The translations under genes were made by a program, and so were the position numbers. This document shows, piece after piece, positions 1 through 9,697 of a stretch of 64,000 bases of DNA (position 1 is its first letter; each line of letters starts with the position of its first letter). The notes below the pieces were generated by a model that saw only the letters and a list, made by a program, of their open reading frames with translations, did no database searches and was not told the origin of the DNA. The stretch is from Candidatus Thorarchaeota archaeon (GTDB taxonomy: Archaea > Asgardarchaeota > Thorarchaeia > Thorarchaeales > Thorarchaeaceae). The stretch is taken from positions 1 to 64,000 of the forward strand of contig JBHIAE010000002.1 of the NCBI GenBank assembly GCA_046758445.1. The letters are read 5' to 3'.

Positions 1-1601
1 CCATCCTCCGGAACCATCTCCCTGGGATAGTGTATCTTGACCTGAGGTGACTCATTAATCACAGACTGATTCAGTCCCCTGTTGTGGATTGCCTTGTCAC
101 CCTCTGGAATGTCCCAGCACCCTGCCAAGGTCCCATAGATCTTCGGGAGTTGGGTCCTCTTTCCACCCTCTTGGTCCTGCTTCACCTCGAAATCTCCGAA
201 CTCTTTGAAGAAGTCAACTGCAATCCTCCTACGCTCGACATTCTTCTCATAATAGCTAAGTCTACCATCACTATCTAGGTGACAGTCACTCTCAGCGATA
301 GCAACGAACCTCATCCGAAACCTGCGAACCTCTGGAAACTGCAAATTCGAAACACGCCCGGCTTCCTTCATGCCCAAATGACTCAGTCGTGGTTTCAGCT
401 GCTCCAAGTCCAGACCGAGCACGTTCCCAATCAGGTGCAGCGCCTCTCCATCGAGATAGTAAGGCGTCCCATAGCGGCGGACACGATTGATAGGCAACCC
501 CTCCTCTCGACCCAGCTGACTCAGGATGTCGTTGAGATAGTATTCCGCGTGCTGCGGACCTCCCCTGACGTGAAGATGTTGCTGCAAATCATCAAGAAGC
601 TCGTACTTGTCCTCCTTACTCCGAAGATAGAACATTTCCCCTGCCAAAACATTCAGCCACCTGTCCGGACTCGTACTGACATGCCAGTAGTATAGTCTGT
701 CATCAGTCACAGCAATCCTGAGCTCAGACTCTGGGTCCATGTCAAGTCCCAATCTGACATTCAGTTCCTTTTCGATATCTTCACGGCTCGCCCTGATCTC
801 CCCCGCGAGGTCCCGAAACCGGTCGGAAACCAAGGACTCTCTGGTGTCGTACAACTCCGCATAGTGAACGGACTCCTTCTCCCGACCCCTAATGGACTGG
901 TATAGCGTTTCGACGAAGTCGGTCAGTTCCGATGTCCCAAGCTCCTCCGCCTCAAGAATCTCGCAGGCCAGCTCGCGGACTGTCCCAGGGTCTATCCGGT
1001 GCCCAAGAGCCTCAGAAGGCACGGATGCCTCATGTTCAATTCGTTTCTCTTCCTGCAGTTCGAGGCTGGAGATCAGTGTGGTCGTCCTCTCCGCTCTCAG
1101 TCTATCAACCTCGTCCTCCCCAATCTCCAGCCTCTCGCTCAATTCTCTTGTTGACATCTCCGGTGAGTCGATGATCTCCATGTAGGCATTGGTCTCATCA
1201 TAACGCTCCTCCGACAGGGTCTTCTCCAGGTGCGGATGTTGTTCTATTGCCCTGTCAACCTCTTCCATGCTAGTGAAGGATAACCGAACAGTTTCGGCCT
1301 CAGGGCCCACCTCTGAAGCCTCTTCTCCAAGAGCCACCTCAGACTGCAGACTCTCCCGCAGCCCCTCACGTGCATCCGAGACCCTAGAGTCCCAATCTGC
1401 CTTCCCGACCTCCCGTGCTCCCTCCCCCTCCGACTCGAGCCTCTTCAGGGCCTTCTCCCTCTGAACCTCCCAGTTAGACTCTCTCAACCTCTCCGAGGCC
1501 CCGTCCGCGCAGTCCTCCCAAGCCTCACCCTCCTTACCCTCCCTGACCTCTGACCTCGCCCCCTCGTACCTCCTCCGTTTCTCTCTCGTTTCGCCTTCCA
1601 G
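1..1601 (-). CDS. Large protein (over 530 aa, runs off the window) with charged N-terminus and a degenerate LAGLIDADG/DOD endonuclease-like domain
   Basis: Manual translation gives a stop-free minus frame from CTG 1601 (alternatives TTG 1487, ATG 1268) to position 1. It is absent from the ORF track because no stop lies in the window. It contains RFVAIAESDCHL...WDIPEGDKAIHNRGLNQSVINESPQVKIHYPREMVPEDG, resembling the two LAGLIDADG helices and the GxPxGxK linker of intein endonucleases. Confidence 0.7.
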   Translation of the reverse strand, partial: MEGETREKRRRYEGARSEVREGKEGEAWEDCADGASERLRESNWEVQREKALKRLESEGEGAREVGKADWDSRVSDAREGLRESLQSEVALGEEASEVGPEAETVRLSFTSMEEVDRAIEQHPHLEKTLSEERYDETNAYMEIIDSPEMSTRELSERLEIGEDEVDRLRAERTTTLISSLELQEEKRIEHEASVPSEALGHRIDPGTVRELACEILEAEELGTSELTDFVETLYQSIRGREKESVHYAELYDTRESLVSDRFRDLAGEIRASREDIEKELNVRLGLDMDPESELRIAVTDDRLYYWHVSTSPDRWLNVLAGEMFYLRSKEDKYELLDDLQQHLHVRGGPQHAEYYLNDILSQLGREEGLPINRVRRYGTPYYLDGEALHLIGNVLGLDLEQLKPRLSHLGMKEAGRVSNLQFPEVRRFRMRFVAIAESDCHLDSDGRLSYYEKNVERRRIAVDFFKEFGDFEVKQDQEGGKRTQLPKIYGTLAGCWDIPEGDKAIHNRGLNQSVINESPQVKIHYPREMVPED

Positions 1602-1604
1602 AGG

Positions 1605-4600
1605 CTAGCCCCCCTTCGCACGTAGTTCTCCCAACCTCCCAAGCACCGCATCGAGAGTGTCCCGACCCAACGAGTCAGGGTATATCTCCGCTGAGTGGAC
1701 TGCGAGTCGTTCTGCCACCCACGCCTGCTCCAGATCGCGCCCAGCGAGCTCCTCAGAAACCATCACAATCATGTCAACAAGAGGCCCGACGTCATCGCCC
1801 ACCGCAGATCCCCGACGCATCTCCAGGCTCTCAAGAAACAGCGGGTCGCACACAAACTCCCTGATCTTCTCATTGTAGTAGGCCTGAGTCTCCCGAAGCG
1901 ACCGCGCTCCCAGCGATTCAGACTGACCACTTGGCGTCGCACGCGGCAGCACACCTGAACCCACTGGCCCGGACCTCTCAATGCGTGTAATGATGTTTGA
2001 CGGCAGGTCGACGGTGCTTCTGAGATTCTCATACTCCTCAAAGACAGGCTCCATGTGTTTCTGGACCTGTTCGGAAGTCACCGGCCGTTCTGACAGCCTC
2101 CCCTCAAGCAGTGTATCGATCGGCCAGATCTGAACATTCCGAGGCACCCCACTGCCCTCAAGGTAGACCAGGGTCTCCCCGACTCTCATCTGCTGCAGAT
2201 GGTCAATCCTTGCCTCCTCCACGCCGATGTGACTTCCGACTATCCGGCGGTCAGACTCATCCCCAACTGCATGCGAGATCACATTGACTATCAGCTTCAC
2301 TATCTCACTCGCAAGCCTACTTGGCAATTGTTCAATCGTGAGAGTCCCGAGTCCATTCCCACCGCAGGTGGTGAACATATCGGTCATCAGACTCAGCAGT
2401 GTGTCACTGGCATCGGGACCGTAGAGGTCCTGAACCCGTGAAGGTTTGAGAACGTAGCTGGCCTCCTCGAGCACCAGCAAGTTCGTGATTCTCTTGGACG
2501 GATTGAACATCTTGTATCTGTGCAGTCCTGCAGAGATCAACCCCATCAGGAACGCCCTGTCCTCGTTCGGAAGGCGTTCCATGTCGATTATTACATTGTT
2601 CTCCGCGAGCTGCTCCCACGTGATTCCCTCCTCCGTGTTGTACATGTCAACAACAGTGTGATTACGGAGCATGCTCGCTATCCGACTGAACAGGGCGCCG
2701 TAGAAGTTGGCCTTCAACTCGTTGCCATAGTCTAGATTGAGGCTCACTTCCTCCATGGCCTCGTAGAGGTCGCTCAGCAAGATGGGCCGGCCCTGTCTCT
2801 TCTCCTTAGCACTCCATCCACAGTTGCGGTAGGCCGTATGCACCACGTCCTTGAAGTGCAGACTCATCACGCGGTCGCTCGGTAGAAGCCCTGAGAGCAT
2901 CTGAACGACAGTGTCCATCCAGATTGTCAACGGGACGTTCCTCGGCGGACTGAACAGGTTGATCCGAAGCGGTGCAGTGTCGAGGTCCCCGGGCGTGAAC
3001 ACCCAGATGTCAGGAAACAGATGGAGCAGTCGAGTCCAGTCCCGCGACTTCCTGGGCACAACGATTGTTGACTTGATGCCTAGCCTCATCGCCTGAGCCA
3101 CGATCATGAATGCAGTCCATGTCTTTCCCGACCGAGTGTTTCCGAAGACTCCAAAGTGCGACTCGAACTTCTGAAATGTGAAGTAGACCAGGCTACCTGC
3201 TATGGGCTCGCCATTGGCTCTAAGTGGGTTTCCGAGAAAGATCACACCGGCCCTGTTCCTTTGTGTGTGCCTCCATTCGACTCCCCCGACCTCTTGAGGG
3301 GCCTCTGCCTTGGAATATGAAGAGGGCCTCCCAAGTTGGCTATTCGTCATCTCTGCAGAGTCTGGAAGAGGGTCAGTGTGAGTAGAGAAAGCACTCCTCT
3401 TCGCTATCGGCGTAGCAACGTCGGTCTGTGGGAGTGTGAACAGGTGTGCTGCCTCGCTCGGCAGAAGCAATGTAAACTCCCCAATCGGCCTTCCATGGAG
3501 CAGTCTCAAGAAGTCGGCTCTCTTTTTCCTCACCCGAAGTCTGAGGTCAGTTGAGGGATCTACAGGGTTGACTGCACCTCGAAGTGTGACCATCAGGTGT
3601 CTGGCATTGCCCTCTGCCTGTAAGACATCTCGACCCCAACAGGCTATGGCCACCTCAACTTCACAAGCATCTGTGGCTCTGTGACGTTCAAGCTCTCGAT
3701 GAGTTCTGTTGGCCTTTGATGTGGCTATTGGATCTACGAGAACAGTAGACTCTTGTGCGCCTCTAGAGAAGAGCCCTCCCTTCTCACGAGTGACAGTCAC
3801 CTGTGCCTGACTGCTCTTAGTCTTGTACTCCATGCCCAACCACACGCGCTTTATCGTCCGCAGCACGCCTGATGAAGCCGGCATTGCAGACACTTGGAGT
3901 ACTGCTCTCTCATATCTGAGCATGGCCTCTGCAGCGACTGTTAGGGGGTCGGCTCTCTGGCGAGGATCGTCAGCCATGAGGGGCTCTCCAGTCAGACAGA
4001 TAGCAACGCCTTTGTCATGCGAGGTAATCGGTGGCGGTTGGAGCTTTTTGGCTTTCTCAAATCGATAATTGTTGAGATTAGCTCCTAGAGCTCTCTCCAG
4101 CAGGTTCATGTTCCTTCGAAGGTCATTTGATCCATTCCCCAGTGTCAGATAGTACTCATGTATCGCGCCATGGACGCGTTCGAATCGATAAATGAGAGGT
4201 ACATCTTCCCCCATCATGGAACGTAGTACGCAGGTCGAGGGACTCCAGAAGTCGTGCTGACCGTTTCTCTCATCATGCAGAATGCGCTCTTGCGGACTCT
4301 CTACCACTTGAAATCCGCCGGCAAGAACTTCTCCTTTGGAGGCCGTGGAAGCCTCGTATGTCACTCCTTGACGGGTGGCAGACTTTGAGCTGCTACCGCT
4401 TCTTCTTGTGAGAACATATTCTATTAAGAATATAGCCACGAAGGTCGGAATAGCAACGAAGAAGACCTGTTCGGTTAGAGTGAAACCTGCGATAACTTGA
4501 GGTATCAGCAGAACCCAGCTCAGAGCAAGTACCGCCCAAGGCGTGGCGATGGCGGTAGGAACACCGATGATGAACACTCTCATGTCCCTCTTCCACCAAT

Positions 4601-4793
4601 AACCAATGGCGCTCCCTACAATGCAGACCAGGGGAGTCCCCACACCAATGAGTCTTAGCCATGAGGGCATTGACGGATTGATTCGAACTGGAAACGCAAG
4701 GAACACAACTAGATTGAGGGTCACCATGATTCCTATGAATAGGGGAACCCCGTATCTGATTCCGTATTTCAAGAGCGTTGTTATGAAACCCAT
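1605..4793 (-). CDS. Membrane-anchored HerA/FtsK/VirB4-superfamily ATPase (DUF87-like), 1062 aa
   Basis: About 4 N-terminal TM helices; Walker A HFGVFGNTRSGKT; Walker B LLVLEEAS; EQLPS sensor-Gln motif. Confidence 0.8.
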   Translation of the reverse strand: MGFITTLLKYGIRYGVPLFIGIMVTLNLVVFLAFPVRINPSMPSWLRLIGVGTPLVCIVGSAIGYWWKRDMRVFIIGVPTAIATPWAVLALSWVLLIPQVIAGFTLTEQVFFVAIPTFVAIFLIEYVLTRRSGSSSKSATRQGVTYEASTASKGEVLAGGFQVVESPQERILHDERNGQHDFWSPSTCVLRSMMGEDVPLIYRFERVHGAIHEYYLTLGNGSNDLRRNMNLLERALGANLNNYRFEKAKKLQPPPITSHDKGVAICLTGEPLMADDPRQRADPLTVAAEAMLRYERAVLQVSAMPASSGVLRTIKRVWLGMEYKTKSSQAQVTVTREKGGLFSRGAQESTVLVDPIATSKANRTHRELERHRATDACEVEVAIACWGRDVLQAEGNARHLMVTLRGAVNPVDPSTDLRLRVRKKRADFLRLLHGRPIGEFTLLLPSEAAHLFTLPQTDVATPIAKRSAFSTHTDPLPDSAEMTNSQLGRPSSYSKAEAPQEVGGVEWRHTQRNRAGVIFLGNPLRANGEPIAGSLVYFTFQKFESHFGVFGNTRSGKTWTAFMIVAQAMRLGIKSTIVVPRKSRDWTRLLHLFPDIWVFTPGDLDTAPLRINLFSPPRNVPLTIWMDTVVQMLSGLLPSDRVMSLHFKDVVHTAYRNCGWSAKEKRQGRPILLSDLYEAMEEVSLNLDYGNELKANFYGALFSRIASMLRNHTVVDMYNTEEGITWEQLAENNVIIDMERLPNEDRAFLMGLISAGLHRYKMFNPSKRITNLLVLEEASYVLKPSRVQDLYGPDASDTLLSLMTDMFTTCGGNGLGTLTIEQLPSRLASEIVKLIVNVISHAVGDESDRRIVGSHIGVEEARIDHLQQMRVGETLVYLEGSGVPRNVQIWPIDTLLEGRLSERPVTSEQVQKHMEPVFEEYENLRSTVDLPSNIITRIERSGPVGSGVLPRATPSGQSESLGARSLRETQAYYNEKIREFVCDPLFLESLEMRRGSAVGDDVGPLVDMIVMVSEELAGRDLEQAWVAERLAVHSAEIYPDSLGRDTLDAVLGRLGELRAKGG

Positions 4794-5420
4794 GTGTCCT
4801 CCGCCCCCATATCGATGAATTCACCATGTCTGATCACACAATCACCCCTGATACCTGAGCCGCCCAAGTCACAAGAAACTCCAACTCCTGCATTGTGGCA
4901 CTCTCTCTTGTTTCCAGCGAATCATAGTCCCCAGAACTAGCGTCCTTCCTGCCTTCGCCACAGCTTCTTCTTGCGGTCTTGACTTCCTCACCGTCATCTG
5001 CTCCCCTTACTCGCGCCAAGATGTCTGCGAAAGCGAGTCATCCAAGGCGGACTGAGAAGGTTGAGGAATACTGTGTCACAATATGCCAAAAGATTGTTGC
5101 TCAGTCCAGATACAGTTGCTTCACCCTCCGATGAGATTAGAGGGCACTGATAACAGTGTAGGAGGGTTATTCTGGCCCCTAAGAGCCCTGAAGCCACCAT
5201 GAAACCCTCATTTACCTTTATCATGATGTCAATCGTACTGAAGTGTACGCATTTGTCGAGGTCTCATGCTCTTTTTCGTCTGTCCTATGGCTGCTTATGA
5301 TGCAGCATTCTTTGACGGAGTGTCAGAGGACTACGCCGAAGCAATGAACCGAAGGAAGTCGCTTGGAGAGTGAATTGCGAACTCCTAAAAGGAAACGCAC
5401 CGAGGACATCAACGAGGGCG

Positions 5421-7031
5421 ATGAGAAAACTCGGAGTATATGTCACACTGCTCATGGTTCTACTACTCTGCAGTTTCTTGCTGGTAGCGTATGTGCCTGG
5501 CATGCTGGCAGCTTCACGGAGTGAGAGTGAGATCATAATCGGCACGCCGGACAACGACATCTCAGAAGACATGGCAATTGACAGTGAGGGTAATGTGATT
5601 GTTGTAGGGAGGAGCGTGACTAACCCTGCTGTTGGTAGATTCTTCATGGTGAAGGTGTCCTCCGGAGGCCAAGAGCTATGGAGAAAGACCTGGAACGAGT
5701 CTGCCAATGACGTTCTTGTCAGTGTAGCAGTTGATTCGCTGGACAACATCATCGTCGCAGGAGCTGTCCGGAGTGCTGACCTTGATGAGCAAAAGGGCAT
5801 TGTCATCAAGATGAGTCCAGACGGTGATGAGATGTGGTCGCTTGATATTCCTTATCTTCTTCGGTATGAGGGGATGTCTATCGTCTATGCTCAGGCGGCA
5901 GACTTCATGGAACTAGAAATGGTGCCTCAGAGCGATGACGTCCTTGTGATAGGGAACATTTACGACAACGGTCACAAGACATTGTTAATGCGTCTTAATT
6001 CCTCGGGTTCGATCATTTGGCAAAATGAGTGGTTTGGCCCCCCACATCAGAATGGTACCAGGGCCACCGACTCTTGGCTAACCAGCCAGAACAAGATCAT
6101 GGTCACAGGTCTGATATATGAAACAGATGATCCGTACTGGCCCTATGGCGGGTCATTCATGGTCGCGTTCCACCTCAACGGGACAGAGGCCTGGAATCGC
6201 ACGTCGGGCAACTACTGGGGCAGTTACGAGATTACCGAGGACCGGTTTGTCACAGCAACGCATGGTATGTCATTCGAGCGAGTAACGTGCTATACTTACG
6301 ACCTCAATAAGACTTGGGAGTTTGACGTCGAACCAGGAGAATACTACTCAGTCATAATCCAAGGATTCAGTCTGAATGGGACAGACAACCTGATTGGGTG
6401 GGGCAGAGTCGTGAGCCTGATTGCAGGCAGACAGGTAACCAAGTCTTTCTCTGCGAAATTCACGGCTCTCCAGCCTTCACAGATACTGATATTCAGCTGT
6501 TCCATAGATGGTGTGCTTCAGTGGACTGACTTCCTTGTAGAGGGAAGGATGACAGAGCCCTGCGGTTGTGGATTTGATGCTGAGAATAGGCTAATAGTGG
6601 CAGGTCACACCAGTTCTTGGAGCTGGGAGGAGAACAACTTCATCGTTGTCTTCGACTTTAGACCCACTCCTGCCCCACCACACTATGACATTGTGCTGCT
6701 TGGTTTCTTTCCGATTCTCAACCTTCTCCTCGTGGGAATTGTTAGCGAACTTGGCACCCAATCGGTCTTTGGGAGAGGCGCGTTCGATTCCGCACAGGGT
6801 GCGAAGACAGCTATGAGCTTCGCGAAGATTGCCATTATCATAGAAACAGCTATTCTTATCGTGCTATGGACGGCCCTTTTCGGGGTCTATGGTGGAGGTG
6901 GTCCACCGTCACCGCTAGTATACCTTCCCGAATGGGTGTCTTGGTTATTCTGGAGTCTGCCAGTCGGAATCTTGACCCTACTAATCCTTTATGTTGGAGT
7001 TTGGACAAGGCAAAGTCGTGCCCAAGACTAG
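5421..7031 (+). CDS. Secreted/membrane beta-propeller (SBBP-like) protein with C-terminal TM helices
   Basis: Signal/TM segment after ATG 5421; repeats MAIDSEGNVIVVG and VAVDSLDNIIVAG; 3 hydrophobic C-terminal segments. The track start at 5370 is probably too long. Confidence 0.7.
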   Translation: MRKLGVYVTLLMVLLLCSFLLVAYVPGMLAASRSESEIIIGTPDNDISEDMAIDSEGNVIVVGRSVTNPAVGRFFMVKVSSGGQELWRKTWNESANDVLVSVAVDSLDNIIVAGAVRSADLDEQKGIVIKMSPDGDEMWSLDIPYLLRYEGMSIVYAQAADFMELEMVPQSDDVLVIGNIYDNGHKTLLMRLNSSGSIIWQNEWFGPPHQNGTRATDSWLTSQNKIMVTGLIYETDDPYWPYGGSFMVAFHLNGTEAWNRTSGNYWGSYEITEDRFVTATHGMSFERVTCYTYDLNKTWEFDVEPGEYYSVIIQGFSLNGTDNLIGWGRVVSLIAGRQVTKSFSAKFTALQPSQILIFSCSIDGVLQWTDFLVEGRMTEPCGCGFDAENRLIVAGHTSSWSWEENNFIVVFDFRPTPAPPHYDIVLLGFFPILNLLLVGIVSELGTQSVFGRGAFDSAQGAKTAMSFAKIAIIIETAILIVLWTALFGVYGGGGPPSPLVYLPEWVSWLFWSLPVGILTLLILYVGVWTRQSRAQD

Positions 7032-7042
7032 AGTGACCCCTG

Positions 7043-7538
7043 TTAGAGATTACCTGGTAATGGATCAGCTTCGGTGTCTGCTTCTTCAATCCAAACTTCT
7101 TGTTCAAGAATCCCACTAGTCCCGAGCTCTCCGAGTTTCTTGTAGATGGATTCGGCCTTCTCACTTTCTGCTTGTTGGCGGTGATAGAGCCAGAGGTTCG
7201 TAAGAGTCATTGTGACATATCGCTGATAGACTAAAGGTGCTGTTGTTGCCAAATCCTCTAGGATATCTAGGGCTTCTTGATAACACTTCTCAGCTTTGGA
7301 CTGGTCACCAGATAGTCTGTACATATTGCCAAGGTTGTTCAGGATGAATCCTAGACGACCATTGTGCATCTCTGGTGATTTCTCTACTAGTTCTCTACGG
7401 AATTCCAATCCCCGCGATTCCACGAAGATGGAGTACAACGCTCCGCTCCTTGCAGCGTTCAAGTGCCTCGTCCATCCATTCTAGATACTCCTCTCTGTCC
7501 ACGAACACGCGATCGGTTGGTTCATAGTGTTCGTACAT
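7043..7538 (-). pseudogene. Internally deleted STAND/AAA NTPase-TPR gene
   Basis: 7538..7395 encodes MYEHYEPTDRVFVDREEYLEW...VLHLRGIAGIG, an NTPase N-terminus cut inside the P-loop. It is joined out of frame to TPR repeats (ILNNLGNMY...AEKCYQEALDI) ending at 7043. Confidence 0.75.
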
Positions 7539-7768
7539 ACTCCAGACCCCAAATCACGCGGTGGTGTCTAATGGAGAGGGTCTTTGATAAGCTAGTCGGT
7601 AGCTTCCGAAGAAAAGCGAAACCACTTACGCACGATAAATGGAACAATCCAATTTCATTTGCGTCATTCGTACATATGGACTAAAATCAGTTCCTTCGCA
7701 CACAATGATGCGTATGCTGTCATACACACATCCTTCTAGTCGCGAGGGTTGACTGAGGTGAAGACGAG

Positions 7769-8026
7769 ATGATTGTTGAAGTTTCACTCCTGATTGCGAT
7801 CTACTCTGCCTGGATGCTGCTGCTCGTCAATGCGATGGTTTCCACTGAGGAGATCTCTCTCACCATTGCTACTCTACCATTCATAGTGACATTTCCAATT
7901 GCATTGCTTCTCTCGGTAGCGGTAGAGGTCTTCATCCCGGGCATCCTAGGAGTGGACATAGTCCTAACTGCCATCATTGGAGTCCTGCTGTTTGTGAGAT
8001 GGGTGATGGCAATTGTTGGTGAATAG
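7769..8026 (+). CDS. Small hydrophobic membrane protein (about 3 TM)
   Basis: 85-aa ORF with upstream GAGGTG, almost entirely hydrophobic. Confidence 0.65.
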   Translation: MIVEVSLLIAIYSAWMLLLVNAMVSTEEISLTIATLPFIVTFPIALLLSVAVEVFIPGILGVDIVLTAIIGVLLFVRWVMAIVGE

Positions 8027-8073
8027 TACGTAGCCACATCTGCCCATTGATTCATATCTAAGCACCCACAAAA

Positions 8074-8859
8074 GTGCAGAGGAGGCGGGTCAATCTGACA
8101 GAGAAGAGTGAACTCCCTTGGTATGAAGACGACGAGATGTGGGAGATAATGGAACCAGTGATGTTCACCGAGTCTCGTATCGCCCAGACACCTGAAGAGG
8201 TTGACAACCTCGTATCACTCTTGAAGATTCAGCCAAACGAGGTAATCCTTGACCTAGGTTGTGGAATTGGCAGACACTCACTTGAGTTCGCACGAAGGGG
8301 CTATAAGATTGTAGGAGTCGATCGTACCAAGATCTACTTGGAAAGGGCAAGGGCAAGCGCCGCCAAGGAAGAGCTTGAACTTGAGTTTGTCCTCGAGGAC
8401 ATGCTTTCATTTCTCAGAGAGAACTCCTTCGACATCGTGCTGAGCATGTATACTTCATTCGGATTCTCTGAAGACCCCAAGGATCAGATGAGAGTGTTGA
8501 AGAACATCCACTTGTCTCTCAGAAATGGAGGCAGATTTGTCTTGGCTGGTCATTCCATCGCGAAGGAGGTGTTCGCTAGGACATTTGTGCCGCGGACTTG
8601 GGATGAGCATGAAACAGGCTTCATTCTGAGGGAGCGGAAGATTGTCAATGATTGGTCCATGGCACACAAGACATGGCATTTCATTGAGAAGGGTGGGAGA
8701 ATCCACAGGTGGGAGATCACTCACTGGATCTACTCGGCTGCTGAGCTGAAGAGTATGCTAATGAGCGCCGGTTTTTCACAAGTTCAGATATACGGATCAC
8801 TAGATGGAAGCGCATATGATAATGAGGCCACTCTGATTGTTGCAGTCGCCACAAAATGA
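8074..8859 (+). CDS. Class I SAM-dependent methyltransferase
   Basis: ILDLGCGIGRH motif I, VGVD, FDIVLSMYTSFG; start uncertain. Confidence 0.85.
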   Translation: MQRRRVNLTEKSELPWYEDDEMWEIMEPVMFTESRIAQTPEEVDNLVSLLKIQPNEVILDLGCGIGRHSLEFARRGYKIVGVDRTKIYLERARASAAKEELELEFVLEDMLSFLRENSFDIVLSMYTSFGFSEDPKDQMRVLKNIHLSLRNGGRFVLAGHSIAKEVFARTFVPRTWDEHETGFILRERKIVNDWSMAHKTWHFIEKGGRIHRWEITHWIYSAAELKSMLMSAGFSQVQIYGSLDGSAYDNEATLIVAVATK

Positions 8860-8889
8860 TGCTTCTTAGAAATCGCTGGGGAGAATCGT

Positions 8890-9066
8890 TCAAGAAGTAT
8901 CCTGTTTCTTCCCCTTGCGCTTGAACTCTGTGTAGCCACATCTTCCGCATGCAAAGCGGTCAGAGTGTTCGGCCATGTACGTACCCTTTTCACACCGTGG
9001 GCAGGCTCTCTTTACCGACGTAACCTCGCCCGTCTTTGAGTTGACCTTGTACATCTTATGTGTCAT
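8890..9066 (-). CDS. rps27ae: 30S ribosomal protein S27ae (eS31)
   Basis: Not in the track (58 aa). MTHKMYKV...CPRCEKGTYMAEHSDRFACGRCGYTEF zinc ribbon, directly downstream of eS24. Confidence 0.92.
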   Translation of the reverse strand: MTHKMYKVNSKTGEVTSVKRACPRCEKGTYMAEHSDRFACGRCGYTEFKRKGKKQDTS

Positions 9067-9375
9067 CTATGATTCTCCCTCTTTCTTCGTCGACTCATGC
9101 CTCTTCAAGATATATCCGAGCTCCACCCTCTTCATCTGTTCAGGGTCCTCGTATACCCTGGCCGAACCGTCTGTCACTCCGATGCCAAACTTCGTCACGA
9201 GGTTTCGAATCACAACTGTGGATGCATCGGCGTCGAAATGAGCCACTATCTTCGCCTTGACATCAGCTCTGCTAGGAGTGGTCTTACCCACATGTTTCAC
9301 TCTGAACTCAATCTCCTTCCTAGAAAGAGGCTTGTTTTCTCTTTCCTGGAGAATCTCAACTTTCATTGGCATCAC
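9067..9375 (-). CDS. rps24e: 30S ribosomal protein S24e (eS24)
   Basis: ENKPLSRKEI, TPSR, TKFGIG, ARVY motifs; conserved context. Confidence 0.95.
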   Translation of the reverse strand: MMPMKVEILQERENKPLSRKEIEFRVKHVGKTTPSRADVKAKIVAHFDADASTVVIRNLVTKFGIGVTDGSARVYEDPEQMKRVELGYILKRHESTKKEGES

Positions 9376-9469
9376 GTACGTAAGCTAGACCAACCTCTAG
9401 CGCCGGTCAGCCATCCGACCTTTGGTTGTCTAATAAAGCTTTCACCGCAGACAATGGCTCTAGAAGGTG

Positions 9470-9682
9470 TTAGCGAACCTTCAAGGCGTACTTGCCTGGC
9501 TTGTCGATGTTGAGCCGAGCAGCAATGTAGGAGCTCTTTCTCGGGTCATCGAGAGGACTCTTTCCTGGAAGAACGACGACGATGCCCGTGTATGATGTTG
9601 ACAGACTAGTACCCTTGCAGTTGGGACACTGATCTTCCGTGGTCAAGTAGTGGCATGTACGACAGGCTCTCATCTTCGCCAT
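9470..9682 (-). CDS. spt4: Transcription elongation factor Spt4 (RpoE2)
   Basis: RACRTC...CPNC zinc ribbon, PGKYALKVR C-terminus, next to rpoE1. Confidence 0.93.
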   Translation of the reverse strand: MAKMRACRTCHYLTTEDQCPNCKGTSLSTSYTGIVVVLPGKSPLDDPRKSSYIAARLNIDKPGKYALKVR

Positions 9683-9697
9683 AGAATCCCTCCAGCG

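Noticed and set aside
4794-5369. Short ORFs upstream of the ATPase (4834-5019, 4994-5224)
   Set aside because: No recognisable motif, and competing frames are equally plausible.
9386-9432. Stem-loops upstream of rps24e
   Set aside because: The outer stem overlaps the likely TATA element, so it may not be in the transcript.
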